A DNA stretch of 64,000 bases, from the NCBI GenBank assembly GCA_050290185.1, contig JBNKHE010000001.1, forward strand, positions 258,713-322,712, given 5' to 3'. Positions 1 to 13,965 of the stretch are shown here, piece by piece. Both the position numbers and the translations under genes were made by a program. The stretch's first letter is position 1. Each line of letters opens with the position of its first letter. The notes under the pieces were generated by a model. That model saw only the letters and a program-made list of their open reading frames with translations. It had not been told where the DNA came from and searched no databases. Source of the stretch: Pontiella sp. GTDB taxonomy: Bacteria; Verrucomicrobiota; Kiritimatiellia; Kiritimatiellales; Pontiellaceae.

Positions 1-120
1 GGGTCCGCCGTAAATTTGGTCTGCACAATTGGATCGGATGCATGACTTACACCAACGACAAAAACACCTGCAATGATTGCGATTCCTTTATTCATCATTC
101 TTTCCCTCTCCAAACCTGCT

Positions 121-3066
121 TTAAAACTTAACCTGAACCGGCTTGCCAGCATATTTGACCGGCTTCACGCCGCTCGTTCCCGTTTCAATCCCTGCATTCT
201 GTCCCGGCAGCGCCAGCACCACATTCAGCACGCGCTCCTTCACCATACCGGGGAACGATCCTTTACGCGGTCCGATGGTCAGCGTTCTGGCCGCATCGTT
301 CCACAACAACTCAATCGTGGCATATTCGCCCTTCTCATAGTCGTAGGTTTCGTTGTCGTCCTCATAGATCGTAAAGGTCGCGTCGGCCCCCGGATAGATG
401 CGGATCTCGTACGGTGCCTCCGGTTTTTCGGTGGCGTACTGCATGACCGGCCCCATCGACACGATCGAGCCGGCGCGTACATACAGCGGTAGGATGTTGA
501 GCGGACAGTCACGTTCAACCGTCTGACCGCCCTTCAGCGGCTTATTGTTCCAGAAATCAAACCAGTTGGCGCCTGCCGGCAGGTAGGTTGCATACGAAGT
601 GTCCATGCCGGCTTTCTCGGATTCCATCTTCCGGATATCAGCAGGCGTACGCCATCCAAGACGAAGAGAACGCTCCCCTCCACCCTGGAAAAACTCCAGC
701 CGGAGCTCCACCTTCTGCCCCTTGCGGAACGTAAGCTTCTTGCCGCGATAACGCGCAGCCCCCTGGCTCCAGTCCTCAACCACTTTCTGTCCGTCCAGAT
801 AGAGCCGGAAGCCGTCGTCGCCCTCGACTCCGACTTCATATTCGCCGCTTTCAGGCGCAATTAGCACCCCTTCCCAACGGGCGGAAAAATTGTTACAGCT
901 GTCCAGGCCGCCCGGAGGCTCAGCCAGCGGTGGGCCGGGCCAGTCGTGGTCGACAACGCGATCCACCGCGCTGCCCTTCGCTGTCTCAAAATTCATCCCG
1001 GCATAATACTGCACGGCCAGTCCGCGTTTGCCGTCAGGCGTGCGCAGATACTTCTGCGGAATGGTCGGTGCCGGAGGATTGTCCACGTTGAACATGGGAC
1101 GGGTCACCGGATGAACCAAAAACGCCGGACCGAACATGAAGGCATCGCTGATGTTGCGAGCCTTGGCGTCATTCGAAAAGTCCAGCGGCAGGGCGCGCAT
1201 GAGCGTATAGCCCTCGCTCGTGACCTTCCAGGTTTGACTGTAGAGATAGGGCATCAGGCGATAGCGCAAATGCGTAATGTCGAGCAGCGACTGATACATC
1301 TCCGGATCCATCTCCTTAAAGATGTAAGGCTCCCGCTCAATGTTGGTGCCGTGCACCCGCATCAACGGGTTGAACGCCCCGAACTGGTACCAGCGCGCAA
1401 ACAGTTCGCGATAAGCCGGGTTCTGTTCGCCGCCGGGGAAGTTGTTGACAAAGAAACCTCCAATATCCTGCGTCCACCAGGGATTGCCCGACATCGTCAC
1501 ATTGAGTCCGCCGGCCATCTGCGCCTTAAGCGTGTCCCAGCTGGCAAACGAATCGCCCGACCAGGACGCCGCCGCATAGCGCTGCGCGCCGGCCCAGGCA
1601 GAGCGCGTCAGGGTGAAAACGCGCTGGTTGTTCACGGCGCGCTGCCCTTCATAGGTTCCCTTCGTGGTCATCAGGGTATAGGGATTCAGATAGCGGGAAA
1701 AATCGCCCATGGCATTGATGCCGAGGCGCTTGATATCGCGCGACACTTCGTTTGGATTCCAGCAGGCCGTGCCGACCTCGACTTCGGTACCGTCCATCCA
1801 GAGTGCGTCAACTCCCTTGTCGAGCAGCCCCTTCTTAATATGCTTGAAATAAATTTCCCGCCCCTTTTCGCTGAAGGCATCGTAAATGCGGGCCTTTTTG
1901 GAAATCCAGTGCAGGGGTTCAAAACGTAGACCGTATTGATCCAGTTCCTCAGCGAGCGGCGTGTCGTTGCCTACGCCGGGCCAGATGGAAATCATCAGCT
2001 TCATGTCCAGATCGTGGATCGACTCAATCATGCCCTCCGGATCGGGATAGCGCTCCGGATTCCAGATCATCCCGCTCCAGGTACCGTCCTTGTCAGATCC
2101 CCAGTACTGCCAGTCCTGCACAATGTAATCGAGCGGGAACTGCTCCTTGCGGAAGGTCTTGGCCACTTCAACGATGCGCGCCTGCGTCTTATAGCGCTCC
2201 TTGCTCATGAACAGGCCGAGGGCCTGTTTCGGAATCATCGGCGCGTCGCCGGTGAGGTTCCGGTAGCCGACAATCGTGTCATTGAGGGTATCGCCGGTGA
2301 AAAAGTAATAATCCACCCCGCCCGGTGCACTCTCGGCCCAGAGCCGGGCCCCGTTTTCATCATCCTTGAAATTCATAATGGAATAGGTATCCCACATGAT
2401 TCCGTAGCGTTCGCTCGAAAGAATCATCGGAATCACAATCCCCAGATTCGTCTGAATCAGCTTCAGCTCCTGCCCGCGGCGGTTGATTTCCGCCGGAGAG
2501 GAATCAACATACCCGAAGCCATACCAGCCTTCGTCGGGCTTCAGGGTAAAGGTATTCGCCACTTCATAGGTCGGCGCACCGGAAATTTCCACCGGTTTAA
2601 TCTCCGACGGTCTGTCCGCCCTCTCCTGCGTCAGGACCTTGCCGGAGGCATCCATGAATGTCAGTGCGCCGGTTTCCTTGTCCGCCTTGATCTGCAGTTG
2701 GTCCGTGATAATGGTAATGTAGTCACCTATCTCCTTGACCTTGAACGGAACCGTCGCCGGCTTGCCCACGACCACGATGCTGGGATATTTCCAAAAGTTT
2801 TGGCCGAGGTTTTCGTTCACGCGGACGGTGGTCGGACCGTAGAAAATCACATTCTTCACCCGGTCGCCGATACGAAGTTGAACACCGCTTTCCAACTGAA
2901 CCGCGGAAAACCCGTTATTCACGGAGCTTTCCACCGCCATCAGATGTCCGTTTTCATCCAGCCCAGTCGGAGCCGCCTGGGAAATCAGGGCCACACCAAA
3001 CCATGCCACCGACAGCAGGCCGCATGCAGCCAGCCGGTTCCGCCCAACGTTTTTCAATACCATCAT
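121..3066 (-). CDS. GH31 alpha-xylosidase-like glycoside hydrolase with PA14 insertion
   Basis: GH31 motifs IVQDWQYW, WMDGTE, WSGD and WTQDIGGF; PA14-like segment (GLAVQYY...FSARWEG...GDDGFRLYLDG). Start moved to ATG 3066 (RBS-like GAGGGTGG), which is followed by a signal peptide. Confidence 0.9.
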   Translation of the reverse strand: MMVLKNVGRNRLAACGLLSVAWFGVALISQAAPTGLDENGHLMAVESSVNNGFSAVQLESGVQLRIGDRVKNVIFYGPTTVRVNENLGQNFWKYPSIVVVGKPATVPFKVKEIGDYITIITDQLQIKADKETGALTFMDASGKVLTQERADRPSEIKPVEISGAPTYEVANTFTLKPDEGWYGFGYVDSSPAEINRRGQELKLIQTNLGIVIPMILSSERYGIMWDTYSIMNFKDDENGARLWAESAPGGVDYYFFTGDTLNDTIVGYRNLTGDAPMIPKQALGLFMSKERYKTQARIVEVAKTFRKEQFPLDYIVQDWQYWGSDKDGTWSGMIWNPERYPDPEGMIESIHDLDMKLMISIWPGVGNDTPLAEELDQYGLRFEPLHWISKKARIYDAFSEKGREIYFKHIKKGLLDKGVDALWMDGTEVEVGTACWNPNEVSRDIKRLGINAMGDFSRYLNPYTLMTTKGTYEGQRAVNNQRVFTLTRSAWAGAQRYAAASWSGDSFASWDTLKAQMAGGLNVTMSGNPWWTQDIGGFFVNNFPGGEQNPAYRELFARWYQFGAFNPLMRVHGTNIEREPYIFKEMDPEMYQSLLDITHLRYRLMPYLYSQTWKVTSEGYTLMRALPLDFSNDAKARNISDAFMFGPAFLVHPVTRPMFNVDNPPAPTIPQKYLRTPDGKRGLAVQYYAGMNFETAKGSAVDRVVDHDWPGPPLAEPPGGLDSCNNFSARWEGVLIAPESGEYEVGVEGDDGFRLYLDGQKVVEDWSQGAARYRGKKLTFRKGQKVELRLEFFQGGGERSLRLGWRTPADIRKMESEKAGMDTSYATYLPAGANWFDFWNNKPLKGGQTVERDCPLNILPLYVRAGSIVSMGPVMQYATEKPEAPYEIRIYPGADATFTIYEDDNETYDYEKGEYATIELLWNDAARTLTIGPRKGSFPGMVKERVLNVVLALPGQNAGIETGTSGVKPVKYAGKPVQVKF

Positions 3067-3132
3067 ACCACCCTCTATGTTGAACCCCGTTCCGTTTGAA
3101 CCGCTAGAAAAAACGGAAAGAAGCGGTTTCAA

Positions 3133-3167
3133 TACATAGAGGCGCCATGCGGTCAAATTTCCGGCCA
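3133..3167 (-). promoter_or_regulatory. Putative ECF-sigma promoter, copy 1 (TGGCCG-N15-GGCGCCT)
   Basis: Minus strand reads TGGCCG GAAATTTGACCGCAT GGCGCCT CTATGTA, ~70 bp upstream of the GH31 start. Same boxes and spacing recur at 27.7 kb and 54.9 kb. Confidence 0.7.
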
Positions 3168-3236
3168 CCTATTTCAGGGGAATACCGCGCGCATTGCCAA
3201 AAATCCGCGCTCCGGAAATCCGGCAGGAACACCGTC

Positions 3237-5546
3237 TTAAAGCATTCCGGGAAAGGTCTTTTCCGCTTCCTCGACAAGGAGCGTGGCTAAAACCCAATCG
3301 TACCAGAACCCCCTGGGATTATCGCCGTATTCTTCTATTCTGTTCAAATCGCGAGGCAGTCCGGACTCGACCATAAAACGTCCCGCGGCCAATTCCCCGC
3401 GGGCTTCGTCGAACAGGCCCTGCCGGCCCAGTGCCATGGCCAACACGATGTGATCCAACGCGATCCGTGCCGCCGAGTGATCCGGGCAGATCAAATTCTT
3501 TTTGGACCATTGGGCTGCAGCTTTATAATTCCCCCTACGATATTCGTAAATGGAAAGCGCCCAGACCCGCCAGGCCATGACCGTCTCATCAAATTCAGAC
3601 ACTGGAACATCACTCGTCGCCGACCTTTCCAGAATGCCGGCCAATGGCTTCAAGGCCATGAGTACCGAATCTTCGCAGGGACGGACCAGACACATTTTTA
3701 TGATCTGCTCGGCCGCAATCGGATTTCGCGTGGCAGCAAAATGAACGAGGGTATCCTCGACGAATTCTTCGTATTCCTCCAGGTCTCCAGCCGCCACCAG
3801 CGATGGAGCGACGCAAATCAGACCGCGCGTTGCCTCGGAGGTCATGTCGGTTGGGTCCACCCGGCTTGCGCGTACAAATTTCAGCAGATGTTCTGCTCCT
3901 AACGACCAATTCCCGTCAAAAATGCGCCATTGCGCCAGATTCAGAAACAGATCCCGGGCCTCGAGCGAGGGTTTGATCACCGGAAGCTCACAATCCGCGA
4001 CCAGCTGCTCCGCCTCGGCATATTGATTCCGGCTCAGGCATACTGCGGCTGTGGCAATCTTTTCACGCGCTTCTGCCTCTTCGCGCAGGACGGCCTCATT
4101 TTTCCGGGCGGCTTCTGCCACACGTTCTGCCGCAACGGCGCGCTGACGTGCGACCCGCTCGCGAGCCAGCAGCCAGCTCGACGTTGCCAGTCCGGCCAGC
4201 AGGACCGCCAGCACGGCGCACACCGAAACCACCATGCCCCGGTGCCGGCGTACCATTTTTTGAAAACGGTAACGTCGGCTGGGCGGCCGGGCTATGACCG
4301 GCTCGTGGTTCAAGTACCGCTGGATATCCATGGCGAAGGCTTCCACCGTTTCATAGCGTCGATCCCGATCCTTCTCCAGCGCCTTCATCACGACCCAGTC
4401 CAGATCTCCCCCGAATGCGCGTTCCAACGACGCAAAATCTCCCATGCTTCGGCTCAGGCTATCGCGCTTGAAAACACTCAGTTGGAGCAGGCGGACGGAG
4501 GGTCGCGACGGCTCCTGTTCCATCAGGATTCTCCGCATTTCATCGATCCCATCATCCAGCAAAGCACGTCTTTCGAACGGCGTGCTGCCGGTCAGGAGTT
4601 CATAGAGCAGGGTTCCCAGACTGTAAATATCGCTGCGCGTGTCCAGATCGGCCCCGCCCTTCCGCGCCTGCTCGGGACTCATGTAGCAAGGAGTCCCGAT
4701 AAAGGGTTCGACCACCGTATCCCCATTGCGCCCTCCTGAAAGTCCTTCGTGGGTGGCCTTGGCGATGCCGAAATCGATCACCCGCGGACGCGGCGCGCCC
4801 TCCTGCAAATCCACCAATACATTGGAGGGTTTGATATCCCGATGGATGACGCCTTTTTGATGAGCATGCTGGATGGCATAGCAGACCTGGATGAAGAGTT
4901 CGAGACGCTGGTCGAGCTCCAACCGGTTTTCGTTGCAATAGTGCGTGATCGGAATTCCGGGCACCAGTTCCATCACAAAAAAGGGCCGGCCGGTTTCGGT
5001 TTCGCCAGCATCGTAGACGTGGGCTATGTTCGGGTGCTCCATCATCGCCAAGGTCTGTCGCTCTGCCTCAAAACGCGCAATGACACTTTTCGTGTCCATG
5101 CCCCGCTTGATGATCTTGAAGGCTACGAGCCGCCGGACCGGCGAGGACTGTTCCGCCACATAGACCTTGCCGGCTCCGCCCTCGCCGATTTTCCGCACCA
5201 GCTTGTACGGTCCGAACTGCTTGCCCACTTCTTCGTCTTTCTCGAAAGCGCTGCCGGCCTTTTGAAGGATGCCATCGATCCCGTCGAGGGTTTCGGCGAC
5301 CTCTGCGGTGGTCACATGCGTCGGGGCATCGGTTGAAAAAAAGGCTTCCGATTCGCCCACGGCCGACAGCAACCGTTCCACCTTGGCGCGCAGTTGCGGG
5401 TCGTCGCCGCAGGCCTGCTCTATATAGGCCGCCCTTTCCGAATCGGAATCGATTTCCATGGCGGAGAAGAAGATTTCGTCGGCCCGCAGCCGGTCCTGGA
5501 GTTCATCGCTCATCGAATCAGTTTGACTCCGCACGGATCCGTTCAT
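3237..5546 (-). CDS. Membrane-anchored Hanks-type Ser/Thr protein kinase (ECF-associated)
   Basis: GEGGAGKV, HRDIKPSN, DFG and GTPCYMSPE motifs; TM helix (MVVSVCAVLAVLLAGLATSSWLL); helical/TPR-like C-terminal region. Overlaps the sigma gene; the start may instead be ATG 5513. Confidence 0.93.
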   Translation of the reverse strand: MNGSVRSQTDSMSDELQDRLRADEIFFSAMEIDSDSERAAYIEQACGDDPQLRAKVERLLSAVGESEAFFSTDAPTHVTTAEVAETLDGIDGILQKAGSAFEKDEEVGKQFGPYKLVRKIGEGGAGKVYVAEQSSPVRRLVAFKIIKRGMDTKSVIARFEAERQTLAMMEHPNIAHVYDAGETETGRPFFVMELVPGIPITHYCNENRLELDQRLELFIQVCYAIQHAHQKGVIHRDIKPSNVLVDLQEGAPRPRVIDFGIAKATHEGLSGGRNGDTVVEPFIGTPCYMSPEQARKGGADLDTRSDIYSLGTLLYELLTGSTPFERRALLDDGIDEMRRILMEQEPSRPSVRLLQLSVFKRDSLSRSMGDFASLERAFGGDLDWVVMKALEKDRDRRYETVEAFAMDIQRYLNHEPVIARPPSRRYRFQKMVRRHRGMVVSVCAVLAVLLAGLATSSWLLARERVARQRAVAAERVAEAARKNEAVLREEAEAREKIATAAVCLSRNQYAEAEQLVADCELPVIKPSLEARDLFLNLAQWRIFDGNWSLGAEHLLKFVRASRVDPTDMTSEATRGLICVAPSLVAAGDLEEYEEFVEDTLVHFAATRNPIAAEQIIKMCLVRPCEDSVLMALKPLAGILERSATSDVPVSEFDETVMAWRVWALSIYEYRRGNYKAAAQWSKKNLICPDHSAARIALDHIVLAMALGRQGLFDEARGELAAGRFMVESGLPRDLNRIEEYGDNPRGFWYDWVLATLLVEEAEKTFPGML

Positions 5547-6078
5547 AGAGCCAGGCGCGTGCGCACGACCAATAGCGCCGGACGGAGCGTTCGCCCATAC
5601 CCAGCGCCTCGGCGATCTCCGGCTGGGTCATACCGCCGAAATATTTCATCACCACGATCTTAGCCCATTCCGGGTGAACCTGTTCCAACTGCGTCAGGGC
5701 ATCTTCCACCAGCAGGATTTTTTCGTCTGTTACCGCATCCGCCAGATCCGTGATTTCAAGATCGACGCGTTTGCGGGAGCCGCCCCGTTTCAAACGGTGT
5801 TTGCGGCGGGCATGTTCGACGAGAATATGTCGCATGGCCCGGGAGGCGGCTCCGAAAAAGCTGGCGCGGGTTTCCCAGCTCCGCTCCTCTTCACGCACCA
5901 TCCGCAGCCACGCCTCGTGCACCAGCGCGGTCGGCTGAAGAGTATGCTGCCCGGCCTCATCGGCCATGCGCGCACCCGCAAGCCGGCGCAATTCGTTGTA
6001 CACCAACGGCATTAGCTTTTCGGATTCGATACTGCCATCGTCTCCGATGGGAATCAGCTTTTCACTGTGATCATTCAT
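5518..6078 (-). CDS. ECF-type RNA polymerase sigma factor (Planctomycete/Verrucomicrobia TIGR02999-like)
   Basis: LMPLVYNELRRLA, HTLQPTALVHEAWLR, AMRHILVEHARRK...KRGG; region 4 HTH (GMTQPEIAEALG...VRRYW..ARAWL). Confidence 0.93.
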   Translation of the reverse strand: MNDHSEKLIPIGDDGSIESEKLMPLVYNELRRLAGARMADEAGQHTLQPTALVHEAWLRMVREEERSWETRASFFGAASRAMRHILVEHARRKHRLKRGGSRKRVDLEITDLADAVTDEKILLVEDALTQLEQVHPEWAKIVVMKYFGGMTQPEIAEALGMGERSVRRYWSCARAWLYERIRAESN

Positions 6079-6384
6079 ACTCTTGGCCGCAGAATTGGAA
6101 TTTAACCGTGTATATATGCCAAATTATACGGCTGATCGCAACTACAAGGATAAAGCGCATAGCCCCTCCGGGCATCCATTAAAGGAGAGAGATCAATCAG
6201 AGCCTCCCGTACATTCAGGAATAAACCCGAGGCGGCAGGGCTTCCGAAACGATCTCCTCCTCGAGGACAACCGACGCATGTGCCGGACGTGAAGAGAAAC
6301 ATACCATACCGGCAACGGCCAAAACCATAAGTGATTCCAACCTGTCGTTCCCAAAAAGCTTTTTATCCCCTCTTCCCTATCGAT

Positions 6385-10323
<3,939 letters not shown>

Positions 10324-10348
10324 CTACAGATGTTCCCCGCATCACTAC

Positions 10349-13300
10349 CTACTGCCGCTGAACGTCCAGCTTGAAGTAGCGGTTAGTGGACGAGCCTTCC
10401 ACGGGAATATTAAATTCAAGAGCAGATCCGCTTCCTGCCTGTCCGACACCCACCGGCTGCCAATCCGGCGTTGTCAGGTCGTCGCTGGCCCAGAGCTGGT
10501 AGTCGTGTCCAGGTACCGAATTCGAAACGGTCAGGGTCAGGTTGGAGCCACTAACCAGCGCATGATCCGCAATGAAGTATTCATCCGATGAAATCACCGC
10601 CGAGGGCACAGCATTGGTCTCGTTGGAATTGCCGCTTTCCTCGCCGGCGTTCACGGCGCTGACCACATAGTAGAAGCAGGTCCCGGCACTTAGCCCAGAG
10701 GTATCGATATAGGTCACCGCAACCACGTTCGAGGCGACGGTCGCGTAGGGCCCGCCGCTGATGATCGAGCGTTTGACATTGTAGCTGGCCGCGTTCGCGG
10801 ACGCGGTCCACGACAAGTCAATCTGGCTATCCGAAACCGCAGTCGCACCCAGCCCGGTCGGCACCGACGGTGCCGGTTCAGCATACGGGTAGCCATGGAA
10901 CTCCAATTCGGCCACGTTGCTGAAGCCGTTGTCGGGCGAAAGGAAGCGGACATAGCGGAATGCCGACGTATTGGAAATATCCACCGCCGTGAACACACCG
11001 GAGACCGGTAGCGCCGACACCGTGTACAGCGTGACGGCATCGCTGAAGTCGGATTGGTTCGCGCCCTGAAAAACGCCGCCGACCATGCGCGATTCAAATC
11101 CGGAGCGCGGACAATATTTGACCTGCGCGATGACGTTGCTGGTGCCGGCACCGAAATCCAGCCCGACCCAAGCCCCATTGCCGACGGGGGCGTCGAAGAA
11201 CGTGCCAAGGTTTCCGTCGAACACCTTGTCGATCGTGTCGCCCGAATCGCCCCATGAACCCGACGTGCCGATGACCGAGCCCGCAAGCATGGGGAAGTCC
11301 AGCGTCGTCTCGGCGCTGTTCAGCGTTTCACTGCCGTCGACCACGGCGCTGACCACGTAGTAGTATCGCGTCTCCGAAGCACCGGCATCCAGGTAATCGG
11401 GCGATGTGGTGCTGCCGATCACGCTGTAGGGGCCGCCGCTGACGCTGGAACGCCGGACGACATAATTCGTGGCTCCCGGTACGGTGTTCCATCCGAGTTG
11501 CACATCGCCGGCCGCATCTTCGGCCACGAGATCCGTTGGCCGGGTACGCAGCATGCTGACACCCGCAACCGTTTGGACGACCGGACGGATGGTTCCATCG
11601 GGATTGAAATCCATGTATTCAACGCAGACGCTGCGGCGGAAGGAACTCCCGCCCACGCCGTCCAACGACAGCGTAGCGTTGTGATAGAAGAAATACCATT
11701 GGTTGCGAACCTCAATGATCCCGGGATGGATTGTGTAGCTGTTCTGCGCGGTACCCGTAATCAGGCCCTGATAGGTCCATGGGCCGGTGACGGCCGGGGC
11801 GGTGGCGTAGGCGGTCCGTTCCGAGCCTCCATTCACCGAGTCGATGGAGGGGTAGGCCATATAGTAGAGATCATTGCGCTTGAACAACCACGGCCCTTCG
11901 GTGTAGTCTGGCAGCGAGAAGCTTTGGATCGCGCCATCGAGTTCCGTCAGGTTGTCCTTGAGCTTCGCAAGATAGAAGGTTCCATGGCCCCACCCCAGCC
12001 AGTATGAACCATCGTCGTCCTTGAAAATAGTCGGATCGATGTCGTCCCACGCATCCCCCCCGGTGGTCATGCCGTCGGTCACCAGCGCCGAGCCGCGCGC
12101 ATCCACGAACGGCCCGGTCGGTGAACTGGACACGGCCACCCCGACGGCCTTGCCGCCCTGCGTGGCATCGTGCTGCACCGTGGCATACAGAAAGTACTGC
12201 CCGTTCCTCTCGATCACCTGCGATGCCCACGCCGTGGCGCTGCCGTCCGACCACGAGAAATCACCGGGATTCATGATGGGCCCGTGCGCCGTCCAGTCGA
12301 GCAGGTTGGTGCTAGAATAACAGAGCCACTCGGTCATTTCGTAAAAATTTGTACCCTCGTCATGTCCGGTATACACGTAGACCGTGTCTCCGACCACCAG
12401 CGGCGCGGGGTCCGCCGTAAAGGCATCGCGGAAGATCGGGTTCTTGCCGGCAACGGATGGAACGTCCCCGGATATGGAAACCTGATCGAAAACCGCCGTG
12501 CACAGCTGCGAACTGTTGTGGGCGGTCACGGCCAGACCGACATACACCGTGCTGCCCATACTGATCGTCTGTGGAGATCCCTGCGTCAGCCAGTTCGTTC
12601 CATCCACCGAGCGGTAGGCTGTAAAGCTGTCACCACTCCGCACCAGCTTGATCCAGTATGGTGCGCCGAGGCCCGTAGTTCCGCTGTTATCGAAACCAGT
12701 GTCCCCGTCCGAGACCGAACGCCACTGGAAGGAAAGTCCGTTCCCGGGCGTCACACCAACCAGCGCATTGGGTGCACCATCCGCAAGACTACTTCGGATC
12801 ATGATTCCGCCCTTCGCCCACGGATCAGTGTTGTCCTGGCTAACGATGTGTGCCACGAGCGAACAATCGCCGGTGACGGCCGTGTAGACATAGCGGAAAG
12901 CGTCCGAATTGCCCCATATATCCGCCCCCGATCCGGTAACAGTAAACGTTCCTCCGGTGATGGAAGCGCTGCCCAAAAGCCCCACCGAGCCGATATCCAC
13001 CGACTGCCAGGGATCGGGCTGGCTGGCCGGCCCAGGATCAACGGGGCCAACCTTGTCGAGCCCCAAGAAGGGAATGACGTATTCCGCCAGAAAGAGCGCA
13101 TCCGACGGGCCGTGGTCCCCTCCGATATCTGCCCAGGCATCGAGCAGCGAAGCGCCGTTTTCATCCTTCCAGACCCGGTGCGTCCATTGGTTGGTAATGC
13201 CCGCGATGGACTCCGTGGTCGTGTATGTGGGATCGGGGTCTAAACCAAGAACATTGCTCCACTGCATGATGGACTCGAGATGATTGGTGTAGTTGACAAG

Positions 13301-13948
13301 GTCATCCGCTGTGCCATGCCAAAGCTGGACGCGGGGGCGCGGTCCCGAATATTCTGGATAACAGGCCCGTGCGAGATCTCCCCATTCCTGCACGGTATGT
13401 TCAATCGGAGCCCAAGCTCCTCCGATTGGCACGCCCGCCAACGCGACGCCAGCCTTGAAAATATCGGGATAAACCCCGAGCATCGCTTGTGTCATCATGC
13501 CGCCGCAGGAGTCTCCGGTCACATAAACCCGGTCCGCATTCGCTTGATAGGTGCTGATCGCATACTGCACCATCTGGGCAATTGCATGGGTCTCGCCGCC
13601 GCCATCGTGCGTGAGGGACTGCGTCGAGCCATAGTCCCAACAGTCAGAACTTCGCTCCGGAACGACCATAATGAAGCCATACTGATCCGCTGCCGCCACA
13701 ATGCCGCCCCACTCCGCCTGGGCAAAAACGCTGCTGGCAGTTCCTCCCCAATAATGCAGGAGCACCAGAATCGGAGGGTTTTCAACCACGGAGTCCGGCA
13801 CGTAGACATACATGCTTACATTCGTCGGTACGCCGCTGGCTCCCCATTCGGGAACCAGTTCGAGCGAGGCCGCCTTGGCTGGCAACACCTCAAGGAGTCC
13901 GAAACACGCGGAGAGCAGGAAACAGCTAAGAACGCTTTTTTTGTACAT
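10349..13948 (-). CDS. Modular enzyme: PHB-depolymerase-type CE1 esterase + ConA-like module + GH43 + FN3 + CBM62-like + FN3 + conserved C-terminal domain
   Basis: Esterase: MYVYVP, GDSCGG, QLWHGTAD. GH43: TADPAPLV, WASQV, IDP, EGPW. Start moved to ATG 13948 (MYKKSVLSCFLL signal peptide, RBS-like GAGGG). Confidence 0.88.
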   Translation of the reverse strand: MYKKSVLSCFLLSACFGLLEVLPAKAASLELVPEWGASGVPTNVSMYVYVPDSVVENPPILVLLHYWGGTASSVFAQAEWGGIVAAADQYGFIMVVPERSSDCWDYGSTQSLTHDGGGETHAIAQMVQYAISTYQANADRVYVTGDSCGGMMTQAMLGVYPDIFKAGVALAGVPIGGAWAPIEHTVQEWGDLARACYPEYSGPRPRVQLWHGTADDLVNYTNHLESIMQWSNVLGLDPDPTYTTTESIAGITNQWTHRVWKDENGASLLDAWADIGGDHGPSDALFLAEYVIPFLGLDKVGPVDPGPASQPDPWQSVDIGSVGLLGSASITGGTFTVTGSGADIWGNSDAFRYVYTAVTGDCSLVAHIVSQDNTDPWAKGGIMIRSSLADGAPNALVGVTPGNGLSFQWRSVSDGDTGFDNSGTTGLGAPYWIKLVRSGDSFTAYRSVDGTNWLTQGSPQTISMGSTVYVGLAVTAHNSSQLCTAVFDQVSISGDVPSVAGKNPIFRDAFTADPAPLVVGDTVYVYTGHDEGTNFYEMTEWLCYSSTNLLDWTAHGPIMNPGDFSWSDGSATAWASQVIERNGQYFLYATVQHDATQGGKAVGVAVSSSPTGPFVDARGSALVTDGMTTGGDAWDDIDPTIFKDDDGSYWLGWGHGTFYLAKLKDNLTELDGAIQSFSLPDYTEGPWLFKRNDLYYMAYPSIDSVNGGSERTAYATAPAVTGPWTYQGLITGTAQNSYTIHPGIIEVRNQWYFFYHNATLSLDGVGGSSFRRSVCVEYMDFNPDGTIRPVVQTVAGVSMLRTRPTDLVAEDAAGDVQLGWNTVPGATNYVVRRSSVSGGPYSVIGSTTSPDYLDAGASETRYYYVVSAVVDGSETLNSAETTLDFPMLAGSVIGTSGSWGDSGDTIDKVFDGNLGTFFDAPVGNGAWVGLDFGAGTSNVIAQVKYCPRSGFESRMVGGVFQGANQSDFSDAVTLYTVSALPVSGVFTAVDISNTSAFRYVRFLSPDNGFSNVAELEFHGYPYAEPAPSVPTGLGATAVSDSQIDLSWTASANAASYNVKRSIISGGPYATVASNVVAVTYIDTSGLSAGTCFYYVVSAVNAGEESGNSNETNAVPSAVISSDEYFIADHALVSGSNLTLTVSNSVPGHDYQLWASDDLTTPDWQPVGVGQAGSGSALEFNIPVEGSSTNRYFKLDVQRQ

Positions 13949-13965
13949 ACGAAACCCTCTGGAGC

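Noticed and set aside
1..16. Window begins GGGTCCG, matching the IS right end and suggesting a 56-kb composite transposon
   Set aside because: Only 7 bp match and the rest of the inverted repeat is absent; compatible with chance.
6084..6116. Fourth promoter-like site TGGCCG...CGTGTATA next to the sigma start
   Set aside because: Opposite orientation to the sigma gene and a poor second box.
6083..6302. Small ORFs in the gap between the sigma and GH2 genes as an anti-sigma factor
   Set aside because: No TM helix, ZAS motif or convincing RBS.
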